A stretch of DNA of 38,806 nt, taken from IMG/VR virus record IMGVR_UViG_3300008964_000008, positions 1 through 38,806 of that record, one strand, 5' to 3'. This document shows, in pieces, positions 28,501-35,853 of the stretch. The notes under the pieces were generated by a model. It was not told the DNA's origin, ran no database searches, and saw only the letters and a list, made by a program, of their open reading frames with translations. Each line of letters begins with the position of its first letter. Positions within the stretch are counted from its first letter, which is position 1. The stretch is from a virus. Lineage: Duplodnaviria; Caudoviricetes. The position numbers were made by a program, and so were the translations under genes.

Positions 28501-29578
28501 CAGATTTCTTAAGTGTATTAGCTAAAGTTTCTCTATTGCTAGGAACAGCCATTTGTATATTACTAGGAAGATTTGCATATTCCCAATTTATATCCATAGG
28601 AGTAAAAGAAGCTTGTATCGCTTTTGTTTGAGGATAATAACCAGATGTTATTACATCTCCGTTTCCTATTTCTAAATTATCTTGAGAATTAAAAACAGGT
28701 ACATTTCTTGGATTAAATTCTACAGCAACACCTTGCTTAATTGCAAAGTCCATTGCTCTAGCAAAGTCTAATAAGTTATCAACTGTATATTCTTTATTAC
28801 CCATCATCACTCCGATATTAAACATACCAGCTAGGTTGTTTAAGAATATACGAATGTGATCCATCATTGTTTTATTCTTTCCGTCAATTTGAATTTGTCC
28901 ATTACTTACTCTAGAAAGAAACTCAACTATAGCCTCATTTAAAGGAGACTCTTTGCCATATTTTTCAACATCATAGCTGTTACCAAAAGCTATACACTCC
29001 TTGATTTGATCTCTAAACTCACTAGGCAATGTTTGATCTTCAGACATTATAACCATTTGGTTATACATAGCACCTCTAAGATCAGGTCTAGAATTAAACA
29101 ATGCATTGGTTAACGGATGGTATCCTTCGTGATAAGCTGTATTAAGTCTACCTAACTTTTCCATCATAGGTACATTCAAGTGGATTTGATCTGTATTTGG
29201 ATCATAGAATCCATCCATACCTGTTATATCTACACCGTTAGACAACATCTGTTCTCTCAGTTGATTCCAAGAGTCCTCAGTTGCGTGAACAGTAAATGAC
29301 AAATTAGGCGCAAGCTTACTCATTGCTTTAACCATTCTTTGTGATTGTCTAACAATTTTTGTTACGACATTACTGCCCTTTCCTACATTAACATCTGCAT
29401 TACTAGAATTAATAGTAATAGCACCTGGCATATTATCTACAGGTGCTTTTTTATTGTAAACACCAGAACTAGAAAGAACATTTTTAGCAACTAATTCGTC
29501 AGCTAATCCGTTTTCTAATAGAGATGCAAATTCATCAAAGGTATACTCCTTGTTGTCGTAAAAATATTTACAAGCCAT
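22550..29578 (-). CDS. Giant polyvalent internal virion protein (zincin peptidase + GNAT-like + LPD23-like/zincin + helical C-terminus)
   Basis: 2342 aa. HEGYH (aa 150) with downstream EAIVE. GNAT-like DGDIKGVF...KLDNFDGYLTKIYERNGF...PDVVAM. LPD23-like TGWELGADGLWRMEV. HEIQHYIQEQEGF (aa 1119) and GEIEARNVE. Confidence 0.7.
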   Translation of the reverse strand: MACKYFYDNKEYTFDEFASLLENGLADELVAKNVLSSSGVYNKKAPVDNMPGAITINSSNADVNVGKGSNVVTKIVRQSQRMVKAMSKLAPNLSFTVHATEDSWNQLREQMLSNGVDITGMDGFYDPNTDQIHLNVPMMEKLGRLNTAYHEGYHPLTNALFNSRPDLRGAMYNQMVIMSEDQTLPSEFRDQIKECIAFGNSYDVEKYGKESPLNEAIVEFLSRVSNGQIQIDGKNKTMMDHIRIFLNNLAGMFNIGVMMGNKEYTVDNLLDFARAMDFAIKQGVAVEFNPRNVPVFNSQDNLEIGNGDVITSGYYPQTKAIQASFTPMDINWEYANLPSNIQMAVPSNRETLANTLKKSGGAAVFINSDGTGVGVISEDKYIDGGISYSFFKDNIDNEIGFAASEDSKIKNFYKAVRHAAEVRDKTNPEFKGMPVAVYVTVQSAGSTIGNYHGAEFMLDNIKEAIGKRKLNATELKKAFDYATKATIKARLVKSNGKETKAIKSYNQFLVDLKSIKSGDLVNELEKYLKKESFAFRLDILGNIIPNINVKSKREISDFQNKLKELNIDLPSFYDKYLDKNILNSLKGDTPGEKYKDNGFAMTGFYVDPYMTEGEYVNKSNVDKFKHKQFNSAFHGTNPFILNGKYYVNHFFDEARFLDSRTKGAFIPVSVSAAGSMYPRTWNSEDFNEIIERAERLTIMPSLAGEFVDKLNETKESDPKQYWSVDNVSLEDAKQGTVIKTEAGYGFVSQDGDIKGVFKANKESAEKTGDEVLKKAVKAGGIKLDNFDGYLTKIYERNGFRVASRIPFNEEYAPEGWEKEAHGTPDVVAMVYDPYKQLDIEEKRFDDYMEGIDYRDSFVGLAYGNAITNGDMPPRIDARPDDLVSASPIVYDMTEDGNGNYVFYTDKVSENNADVNEDGMLELTTEKKGIQPSMVKVPYESTYPLDTNPLGLKINIQPSIIGEKGAERLETASRNMNNLLVAKKMKSQKKSKQAIKTATGWELGADGLWRMEVTDSKFKYDNFQLNRIIDKAINEEFTYKLLPDVISNKDLFDAYPYLRDVSVAFGKTGWVRFSPTSRYNMSPTTAAVYLSAGPGHQHIIINSEVLKEKGTENILSYIDHEIQHYIQEQEGFTQGSSSREEFDIIINKIDDKIFSDSSKPLERRLAKRLNEISTERNNLMSNLNEENKQRSSDLHKERLAIYDKYATDILKIGSTYERAYKNYNNKYGEIEARNVETRRQIPFEERANLLLEATQDVKNKDAIFTANDKKVISALETYANKSILQQAKNLGFAAVVNKDMEGNAVVMSDTVMPAEPIGDTQHLPNKQAIQPSLGWAGSKGVQQVEVGKIGMSQPAPVNPIPGNVRELSNKQQSAFNNFTRMYLSATQGNSQAAKSLQETFKGEESYVVEQISKDAIQLSKQIKEFVNTESAKASGLKQKTIYTIVNRAMLGETDPKTGVKYVDMLPQDLAESVVQARQNIITLQEALVRSGLLPSEIQAVIASTIGSYTKTSYYAFELLKKKGLFSLFTKQKTSPWFESVPKDVRDKARGIFTAMAMNGTLDNGFNLILEDYRKNYEEPYLALLAADPLMQSNATQQAATAMNNKLAEVNKKAGEFADAVMRKIEDVNQSGDVNFTIGGSVVSMKDYIEKNPALPKEIKEYLGEIKDPAINFRLTAMKLTRMLYNHQMGAQFKNLGLQSGDVVSASEPTPAGWIKLGEITKGDSKKIKGGALDEMDAVNKYGPLKGCSITPAMYNLLFDTPIEGNLYYKFITSNVKKFKTIYSPSTQIKNVYGYLYFGMASGAIPEAIYYSPRIVSGAYNQINTPAGFMGYWNNMFSEAKKRGINTSLELEEINRIGKELSENKELLASLKGSTNPAQTIYQTFTDALNKVENFSKKSMMLGDAIPKTIMFEIFRNTNAVILNNTSYYELDARQKEIADEMAARKVKLTTVTDTRTIKAIDLIQRKMGIFGTFPRFMSESIRNFVNAHLLVANPGMLHEGLTLSDNAAKDAEMKKQMDIKTRASGISGLAGYYGLMSLLRAAMGFGDDDDEKVSVSEIPNGIQELSQIINKPEGTLTQNEALRRLLPEYDKFASLSFKVNKDGTVEYRNESSVDPFNIFPQAYRSFIYADNIASGVGSAALQVAMPVLGWEILFGSALEVINNENSKGVEIHKNFDDFASKRIDDIAYILKKAGPGIATSTMRYADLVESGKREGTATGYLQFITTEGVQGRVSTADVESKLRSKVKEINDMWIADQRKYKGDFYKTKSVEERDLVNKQRDENAKMFAYELNQLVEAGYALGLDNRQVKQVFKDARVSKKVRNASMRGGSSIDNLNINDIKED

Positions 29579-29600
29579 AATTATGGTTAAAGATTATTAA

Positions 29601-30101
29601 TTAGTTTTCGAACTCTTCTTTTTCAAATAAGTAAACTGAAAGTTTATTGTTTACATCAATTAACTCTAGTTTGTTTAAGAAATCACTATACTCAGCAACA
29701 GCCAATCTTTGGATTTCTCTATATTTTTTTAAGAAGTCAAATGTACAAGCATCTCCCATTTTGAAGATCTCATTAGAAATTTCCTCATAAATTTCGTATA
29801 AATCATACTCCATTTTATAAGCATTCTCTAAAATCTCAGGAAGTGTTTTAAACTCACATTGAGGTTTAGGAATGTTAGGTAACATAGGAACTACGTTCCA
29901 GCTAACCAAATACTCTTGTAGTCCTTGAGAGTGAGTTAACTCATCATTAGATTCTGCTAAGAAGAATTTACCAGCATTCATATAGCCGATTTCTGAACAC
30001 CAGTTAGCGGCAGCTTGGTAGAAATATTGAGCATTATACTCTTGTAGAATTGTTTTTTCCAATAGTTTTACTACTGGTTGTTCTAATTTATACGGTCGCA
30101 T
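29601..30101 (-). CDS. Ferritin (non-haem, four-helix bundle)
   Basis: 166 aa; ferroxidase-centre pattern E-x6-Y (EYNAQYFY), DELTH, YKME and IQ aligns with FtnA/H-ferritin. Confidence 0.85.
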   Translation of the reverse strand: MRPYKLEQPVVKLLEKTILQEYNAQYFYQAAANWCSEIGYMNAGKFFLAESNDELTHSQGLQEYLVSWNVVPMLPNIPKPQCEFKTLPEILENAYKMEYDLYEIYEEISNEIFKMGDACTFDFLKKYREIQRLAVAEYSDFLNKLELIDVNNKLSVYLFEKEEFEN

Positions 30102-30660
30102 TTTTTCTTTTTTTAGATTGAGACATTTTTAATTTTGTTTCTTCAGATAAAACAACGCCTTTCCTATTCGATGTTTTACCTTTTTTTGAAATACTTATTT
30201 TATTTCTTATTTCTTCAGAATGTTTTTTGCCATAATAAGGATTATTTTTTCCAACAAAAACACCTTTTTTTATTTCTTTTAATTTTTCTATAGTTTCTTT
30301 AGAAAACTTTTTACCCTTATTAGAATTACTTATCTTTAATTTTGTTTCTTCAGATAAAACTCTACCGTATGCTCCTTCTCCTCCAAATGTTAAATTACAC
30401 AAAAGTCCACCATTATTTTTTAATCCATATAATGATATAAACTCTATTTCTTTTTTACAAGCTTCTTCCCAAGTTAAGTCGTCAAGTATTATTTCCACTT
30501 CATAATCTGTTTTGTTAACAATATTATTCCAAAAAACATTTCTGCCACTTTTTGTTTTAGCTCTTTTATAGTACCTTCCACTTCCTATGCCTATATAAAA
30601 AGGCTCGTTTTTATCCAACCTTACGTGTCTGTATAAATAGCATTTTTTAAATGGTTTCAT
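30088..30660 (-). CDS. GIY-YIG homing endonuclease with NUMOD3 repeats (free-standing)
   Basis: YLYRH...PFYIGIG, a conserved Arg (KRA), Glu (EIEFI) and NLTFGGEG, then LSEETKLKIS / HSEEIRNKIS / LSEETKLKMS repeats. Confidence 0.88.
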   Translation of the reverse strand: MKPFKKCYLYRHVRLDKNEPFYIGIGSGRYYKRAKTKSGRNVFWNNIVNKTDYEVEIILDDLTWEEACKKEIEFISLYGLKNNGGLLCNLTFGGEGAYGRVLSEETKLKISNSNKGKKFSKETIEKLKEIKKGVFVGKNNPYYGKKHSEEIRNKISISKKGKTSNRKGVVLSEETKLKMSQSKKRKNATV

Positions 30661-33600
30661 TATGGACAGTTTTTATCTAGCCTTTGAGCTACACCTTTTG
30701 ATTCAAGCTCATCAACTATTTTTGTAAAGTTACTAATTTTTTCGGAATTACTAAGCGTTCTTAGTTGCTCAGACATTTGTTTTTTCTGCTCTCTAGATAA
30801 TCCGCCTTGTTTTAATTGTTCAGTTAAACTTCTAATTTGGTCAGCAATAGAAACAGCAGTTGCTACAGGCGCTGTTTGTGCAGCCGCATCTGTAGTAGCT
30901 TGCGTTGCAGTTCTAGTTGGTTTTGCAAATGTAGCTTTATTTGTTTCCATAAAGCTTTTAATAGCTCCTTCGCTTGCGTTGTTTCCAACCATAGCAGCAA
31001 CTATCTTAGGTATTTCGTTTTCTTGAATACCTGCTTGCATTAATTGGTTAATAGCCCAATACCAAGGTCTTGTTACTTGACTTACAGATTGTGGCGCTTC
31101 AAATGCTGTACCTTTAAATTCAGCAGCAGCTCTATCTTCAGCAGCAGCTTTTTCTATTTCAGATTGACTTAATTGAATAAATTGACTTGATATATCTTTT
31201 ATTAATCTTTGAGTCTCTGGATCATAGTGCTTAATAGCATTTGTATTTAAAGACACACCAACACCATTATTTAGCGCATCCGTTAATTGTTGTTCTATTT
31301 TCGCTTGAGGAACAGGAACTAATACATCCATTTTAGTGGCTCCATCTGCTAATGCTTTTGCCATTCTTTTCTTTCCGTCAACAACATTTCCAGCATTATC
31401 TAAAACAGGAGGCAATCCAGTTGTATTTTCAAATACCATTTTACCTTCTCTGATTTGTTGTGCCATTTGAGGGATTGTGTTGTCAAATGAGCCATCAGCC
31501 ATCTTAGGTGCTACAGTATTGCCGCTTTTTAAATCTATTGTTTTGGTTTCAAATAAACCTATTCTTGCAATTGTATCTCTTTGTTCATCGGTATACATAT
31601 TTGCAGGAGTCTCGAATTGAGATATAATATTTATTTGATCTGAGCTAACAGCTTTATCTTTTAACCAATACCCCTTCTCTATCATCTTCATATTATTTGA
31701 AGCAGAAAACGCCATATTGGTTACATTTTCTTTATCCTCTGTAGATGCTGTAGCAGTCCAAGCTGGATTAGTCATTAAACTAGCAGCTTCATTTAATTTA
31801 GCTGATTCTATAGCCCATTGAGCAGCAGATATTCCTTCTAACTTTTTATTTTCAGCAGCTTTAACGTGAGGCTGTATTGTTGCTACAAATCCCTTTAAAC
31901 TTTCTGCTTGATTGTTATCTAATTTTCCTTGAGATAACATCTTGTCTACCTTTGAATTAAAGGCTTGAATATTTTGTGTGGCCCTATATAACGCATTACC
32001 TTGAGTAGGTGCGTTTAATACGTTTATAGCAGGCCCTAATTTAAATAACATACCAGATATACCTCCAACAAGAAAGTCTTCTGCTGTAGATCCAAATGAA
32101 GTTTTCCAATCATACTCTTTAGGAGCAATTGGCTTTTCTGTAATTAAACCCTTACTATATAAATCTAGTTGTTTTTGATAATTTACTTTTTCTAATTGAG
32201 AATCAATATAATCATTCTTCATTTTATCTAACACCTCTTCTGCTCCCTCACCAAAGAACCCTTCACCTAATTCAAACGCTGCTTTTGTCCACTGTTTCTT
32301 TTCGGCATTTAATATATTTTTAACCATATTGCCTTTGCCAACCCATCTTGATGGTATAAACGGAACACTAATAGCTTCTATGGCTAATGAAGTAGCTGTT
32401 CTTTTTAATGTATATGCAGCCAAATCTTCACCTGTCAATCCTTTGTTTAATCCCTCTTGATAATCTCCATCTAATTGTACACCTCCAAATGTAAGAGTTG
32501 TTAAGGCTGCATCTTTTAATTTATTACCTATGAAACCTGGAAGTTTTTCACTTGCAAACACACCTATCTTTCCTGTTAAATCTACAAGTTTAGACGTATT
32601 GTTCACTAATGTTGGCATTGCGCCTAGCTCAGTAGCTATGTATCCTTCAGTTGCGCTTGCTGCTACTCCTGATGCTGCGTTAGTTCCTATAGTTTCAGCT
32701 CCTTTAATTGCAAGCGCTTCTGCTGCCGCTGCGGATCCAAGTTTTGCTGTTAAGGACATTATGCCTCCTGTTAATGCCATAGGGACAATCATTTGGGCCC
32801 CAGATGTAATTACCGCATTTGCAGTATTTATAAATGGACTTGCCTTTATTATTGCTTGCATTTGAGCGTCTGGAGCTTCTAGCGTATTATCCAGAGTTCT
32901 TGAACCAAAAAAGGGTTGAGAAATATTTTTATTAGATTGTATAAATTGATTTGCAGCTTCTTTTTTGTTTCCAGTTAAAGCGTTGTATCCAGACATTGTT
33001 AGTCTAGGTATTTCCATTAAAAATCTAGTAGTAGTGCCTAAACCTTTCATAACAGTATTATATATAGAACTAGTTATATAATCAGGCTCACCTACGTTTT
33101 TATACATAGAGTTATTCTGAAGTAAAATATTTCCGCTTGCAGATTGGTCTATTTTATCCATATACTGACCACCAAGCATATACTTTACTGCATCTTTTAT
33201 TGAATTTTCTTTTTCCTTAGGATCAAAATTACTTTGAGCCCAAATTTTATTTGCAATAAATTTTGCGTCTTTAGTTAAATCACCTGTTTTTGTATCAAAT
33301 ACTCCAGATCCAAAATCATTAGTCGGAGTGAATAAACTTTGAATAGATCCTATATCTCCATTTAATTGGCTTTGCATTTTCTTTGCGTCAGAGAATATAG
33401 TATCTGCAAATGGGAGTCTATTTGTTTTATATAAAGAATTAGGTATTGGATTTCCTTCTTCATCTAACTCACTTACCGTCCTTGGCTGCCTTCCAAGTAT
33501 TGAAATGTTTTTTTCAGCATCAGACATTTCTTTTTTTCTTTGCTCTTGGAATGAACCCAATTGAGCAAAACCCGTTGGAGTGGATTGTAATAATGTAGGA

Positions 33601-33767
33601 ACCTGGGAGACTTGAGGCCATCCAGAGTTCATAACACCATTAGTTTTACTCCACTTATCTATATACTCTTGTCTTCTTTTTTCTTGAATGTCTTGTTGTT
33701 TGTACCAATTATCGACATTAGACTGAGTATCATTTATTAACCTTGAGGCAATTTTTTTTATTGGCAT
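30660..33767 (-). CDS. Large putative ejection protein with membrane-like segments and a ParB/Srx-like motif
   Basis: 1035 aa. Ala/Gly-rich hydrophobic helices and GEGAEE and FLVGGISG motifs typical of ejected channel proteins. PPVLD...VVDGKKR...GATKMDV resembles ParB/Srx. Confidence 0.6.
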   Translation of the reverse strand: MPIKKIASRLINDTQSNVDNWYKQQDIQEKRRQEYIDKWSKTNGVMNSGWPQVSQVPTLLQSTPTGFAQLGSFQEQRKKEMSDAEKNISILGRQPRTVSELDEEGNPIPNSLYKTNRLPFADTIFSDAKKMQSQLNGDIGSIQSLFTPTNDFGSGVFDTKTGDLTKDAKFIANKIWAQSNFDPKEKENSIKDAVKYMLGGQYMDKIDQSASGNILLQNNSMYKNVGEPDYITSSIYNTVMKGLGTTTRFLMEIPRLTMSGYNALTGNKKEAANQFIQSNKNISQPFFGSRTLDNTLEAPDAQMQAIIKASPFINTANAVITSGAQMIVPMALTGGIMSLTAKLGSAAAAEALAIKGAETIGTNAASGVAASATEGYIATELGAMPTLVNNTSKLVDLTGKIGVFASEKLPGFIGNKLKDAALTTLTFGGVQLDGDYQEGLNKGLTGEDLAAYTLKRTATSLAIEAISVPFIPSRWVGKGNMVKNILNAEKKQWTKAAFELGEGFFGEGAEEVLDKMKNDYIDSQLEKVNYQKQLDLYSKGLITEKPIAPKEYDWKTSFGSTAEDFLVGGISGMLFKLGPAINVLNAPTQGNALYRATQNIQAFNSKVDKMLSQGKLDNNQAESLKGFVATIQPHVKAAENKKLEGISAAQWAIESAKLNEAASLMTNPAWTATASTEDKENVTNMAFSASNNMKMIEKGYWLKDKAVSSDQINIISQFETPANMYTDEQRDTIARIGLFETKTIDLKSGNTVAPKMADGSFDNTIPQMAQQIREGKMVFENTTGLPPVLDNAGNVVDGKKRMAKALADGATKMDVLVPVPQAKIEQQLTDALNNGVGVSLNTNAIKHYDPETQRLIKDISSQFIQLSQSEIEKAAAEDRAAAEFKGTAFEAPQSVSQVTRPWYWAINQLMQAGIQENEIPKIVAAMVGNNASEGAIKSFMETNKATFAKPTRTATQATTDAAAQTAPVATAVSIADQIRSLTEQLKQGGLSREQKKQMSEQLRTLSNSEKISNFTKIVDELESKGVAQRLDKNCP

Positions 33768-33773
33768 ATGTTA

Positions 33774-35237
33774 TTACTTTGTGTAAATGTCAGGTTGGTC
33801 ATCATTAATTCTACCATATACATTTAGCATTGTGTTAGTTTCTTGCTCTGCAATTGATTTATCTCTATTTAATAAATCAAATCCTCTACCTTGTGTTATA
33901 GGAGTTCCATCTGAAAATCTCAAATCATTAAGTAGTTTTCCGTTTTTATCTAACCCTCTGTAGCTTCCGTAAGGAACAAGCATAAGTTTCGTTCCTCTGA
34001 TTTCTGGTTTTCCGTATATTTTCAAAGGCTTGCCCTCTTGATCATATGCATCTTTAGCATAACCCATAAGAACACCTTGATCTCTAAAATGAGATAATAA
34101 TCTATTTGGATCAGTCTCTCCACTTCTATAGTCTTTTATAAGCGCCTCAACAGGATTTACATAACCGCTTTTTTCATTTCTTTTAGCCAACTCTTGCAAT
34201 CTTAAATTGTATTGAGCCTCTGCACTTAAGTCAGCTGGTTTAACGTAAGAACCGCCAGCACCCAAATTGCTTTTTGCATATCTTAAAGCGGCTACTCTAT
34301 ATTTATCTTCAGGACTTAAGTTATCCCATTTTTTAGCAAACTCTGGATCATTTTTAGCAACCTCATCAAGTCCTGCTAATTCATATTGTGCAGCACTTTT
34401 TAAACCTCTATTCCCTTCGAAATGGTAAAGCAATGCGTCACTAGCTCCAGGAAAGCCACCAACTTTAACTTGTTGCTTAACAGCCTTTCCGTTCTTATTT
34501 ACAATGTTTTCTTTATCTTCTTGCCCAACTTGTAATGATTCAAAATCTACACCCATACCGCCATTTCTTCCTGGTACAATCATTTGTCCAGGTTTCATTT
34601 TGTGTTCGTATGTAAATGGACCAGTTTTCATATAACCTTGAGTTCCTTCAAGATCTTTCCAGGCTTTTTGGTTATTTATATTTAACAATTCCTTATCTGT
34701 GTAACGACCTAATCTATCTTGGTTAAACAAAGTAGATGCATAGTCATAATTAGAATTTGGAGCAACTATCTCACCTGTTTCTGGATTATATATTGCCGAC
34801 TTAATAGAATCATTCAATAATTGTTCAGAATTTAATTCTGGGTGATCCTTTTTAAGATCTGCTATTTTCTTTTCAGTATTTTGTCTGTATTGAGATATTG
34901 TACCTGCTAAGTTGTTAATATCCGCAACACCACTGCTAGCCATCATATATGCAGAAGAAGGACTAACCTTTCCTGACATAATTCCTTGTATTAAAGCATC
35001 TTTTTGCTTATTAATTTTACCTAACAATATTGGATCAGCTGACGTTCCAGTTGCTGCATACTTATTGTCAAACACACCAGAGATATCCTTAATACCTTGG
35101 TATAGCTTGTCTTGTTGTGCTTGCTTAGCTTTAGCTCTTAGAGCTTCTTGTTCTTGAACCTTGTCAAGAGCAGTGCCAATCCCTGAGATGTCGGTATAAT
35201 AACCTTTGGCTATTTGTTCTGGGCTTAATTCTGCCAT
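33774..35237 (-). CDS. Putative internal virion/ejection protein
   Basis: 487 aa, helical N-terminus, preceded by the late-promoter motif, first gene of the large-protein operon. Confidence 0.5.
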   Translation of the reverse strand: MAELSPEQIAKGYYTDISGIGTALDKVQEQEALRAKAKQAQQDKLYQGIKDISGVFDNKYAATGTSADPILLGKINKQKDALIQGIMSGKVSPSSAYMMASSGVADINNLAGTISQYRQNTEKKIADLKKDHPELNSEQLLNDSIKSAIYNPETGEIVAPNSNYDYASTLFNQDRLGRYTDKELLNINNQKAWKDLEGTQGYMKTGPFTYEHKMKPGQMIVPGRNGGMGVDFESLQVGQEDKENIVNKNGKAVKQQVKVGGFPGASDALLYHFEGNRGLKSAAQYELAGLDEVAKNDPEFAKKWDNLSPEDKYRVAALRYAKSNLGAGGSYVKPADLSAEAQYNLRLQELAKRNEKSGYVNPVEALIKDYRSGETDPNRLLSHFRDQGVLMGYAKDAYDQEGKPLKIYGKPEIRGTKLMLVPYGSYRGLDKNGKLLNDLRFSDGTPITQGRGFDLLNRDKSIAEQETNTMLNVYGRINDDQPDIYTK

Positions 35238-35257
35238 AAAATCTGATTGATATTGTT

Positions 35258-35272
35258 TATATAATACGCTTT
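35258..35272 (-). promoter_or_regulatory. Late-promoter motif AAAGCGTATTATATA (minus strand)
   Basis: Exact copy overlapping the upstream stop codon; 32 nt before ATG 35237. Confidence 0.75.
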
Positions 35273-35813
35273 AAGGCGTAATATTATTGTTTTCTTGACT
35301 ATAACTTTGAGACAAATCATCAGTAGCACCTGCTAACTCCCAAGCCATAAGTGCTTTTAATGCAGCTGGAGACAACATAGATTTATAAGCTATTTTAGCT
35401 CCCTCTGAAAGGGTTTTCCAATTTGATAACAAACCTAAAGGCAATGCAAACGCAGCATCTTTTGCAGCAGCCATCTTATCTCCCTTTTGGTAGTTTTCAA
35501 TAGCATCTGCAAACCCCAATCCAGAATTTAAAGCCATAGAGGCATATTTGGTTACTGGCTCAGGAGAAAATTGACCTATTGCAGAAGCGGCCCTTGCGGT
35601 ATTCACTATTGGCTGAGTCATTTTTTTATTCTCAGATGCCATAGTTTGAGGAGTTTGATCTTGTTTAACTTTATGCTTTAGCCATTCCACCAACTGGTTA
35701 TCCTTAGGAATAGATCTAACCTCACGCATCTCATCATTTTTAACCTGAGTGGGCGCAGGAGCAAACTGTTTAAGGAAATTAATTGTTTTTTGGTCTAGCT
35801 TTTTACTTGGCAT
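35271..35813 (-). CDS. Hypothetical late protein (Ala-rich amphipathic helices)
   Basis: 180-aa ORF with its own copy of the late motif. Confidence 0.55.
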   Translation of the reverse strand: MPSKKLDQKTINFLKQFAPAPTQVKNDEMREVRSIPKDNQLVEWLKHKVKQDQTPQTMASENKKMTQPIVNTARAASAIGQFSPEPVTKYASMALNSGLGFADAIENYQKGDKMAAAKDAAFALPLGLLSNWKTLSEGAKIAYKSMLSPAALKALMAWELAGATDDLSQSYSQENNNITP

Positions 35814-35824
35814 AATGCAATGTT

Positions 35825-35843
35825 TATATATAAAATACGCTTT
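35825..35843 (-). promoter_or_regulatory. Variant late-promoter motif AAAGCGTATTTTATATATA (minus strand)
   Basis: Near copy, 27 nt before ATG 35813, just downstream of a terminator. Confidence 0.65.
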
Positions 35844-35853
35844 AAAAGGAAAG

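Noticed and set aside
30088-30660. Group I intron around the GIY-YIG gene
   Set aside because: The ORF overlaps both neighbours, leaving no non-coding space for a ribozyme core, and the neighbours appear intact.
30606-30685. RLDKN peptide shared by the 1035-aa C-terminus and the endonuclease N-terminus
   Set aside because: RLDKN is an ordinary part of this GIY-YIG family's N-terminus and the codons differ; probably coincidence.
22550-33767. Virion RNA polymerase subunits as in crAss-like phages
   Set aside because: No DxDxD-type catalytic motif in plausible context was seen (GDDDDE near the C-terminus is just an acidic linker); the recognisable domains are polyvalent-type.
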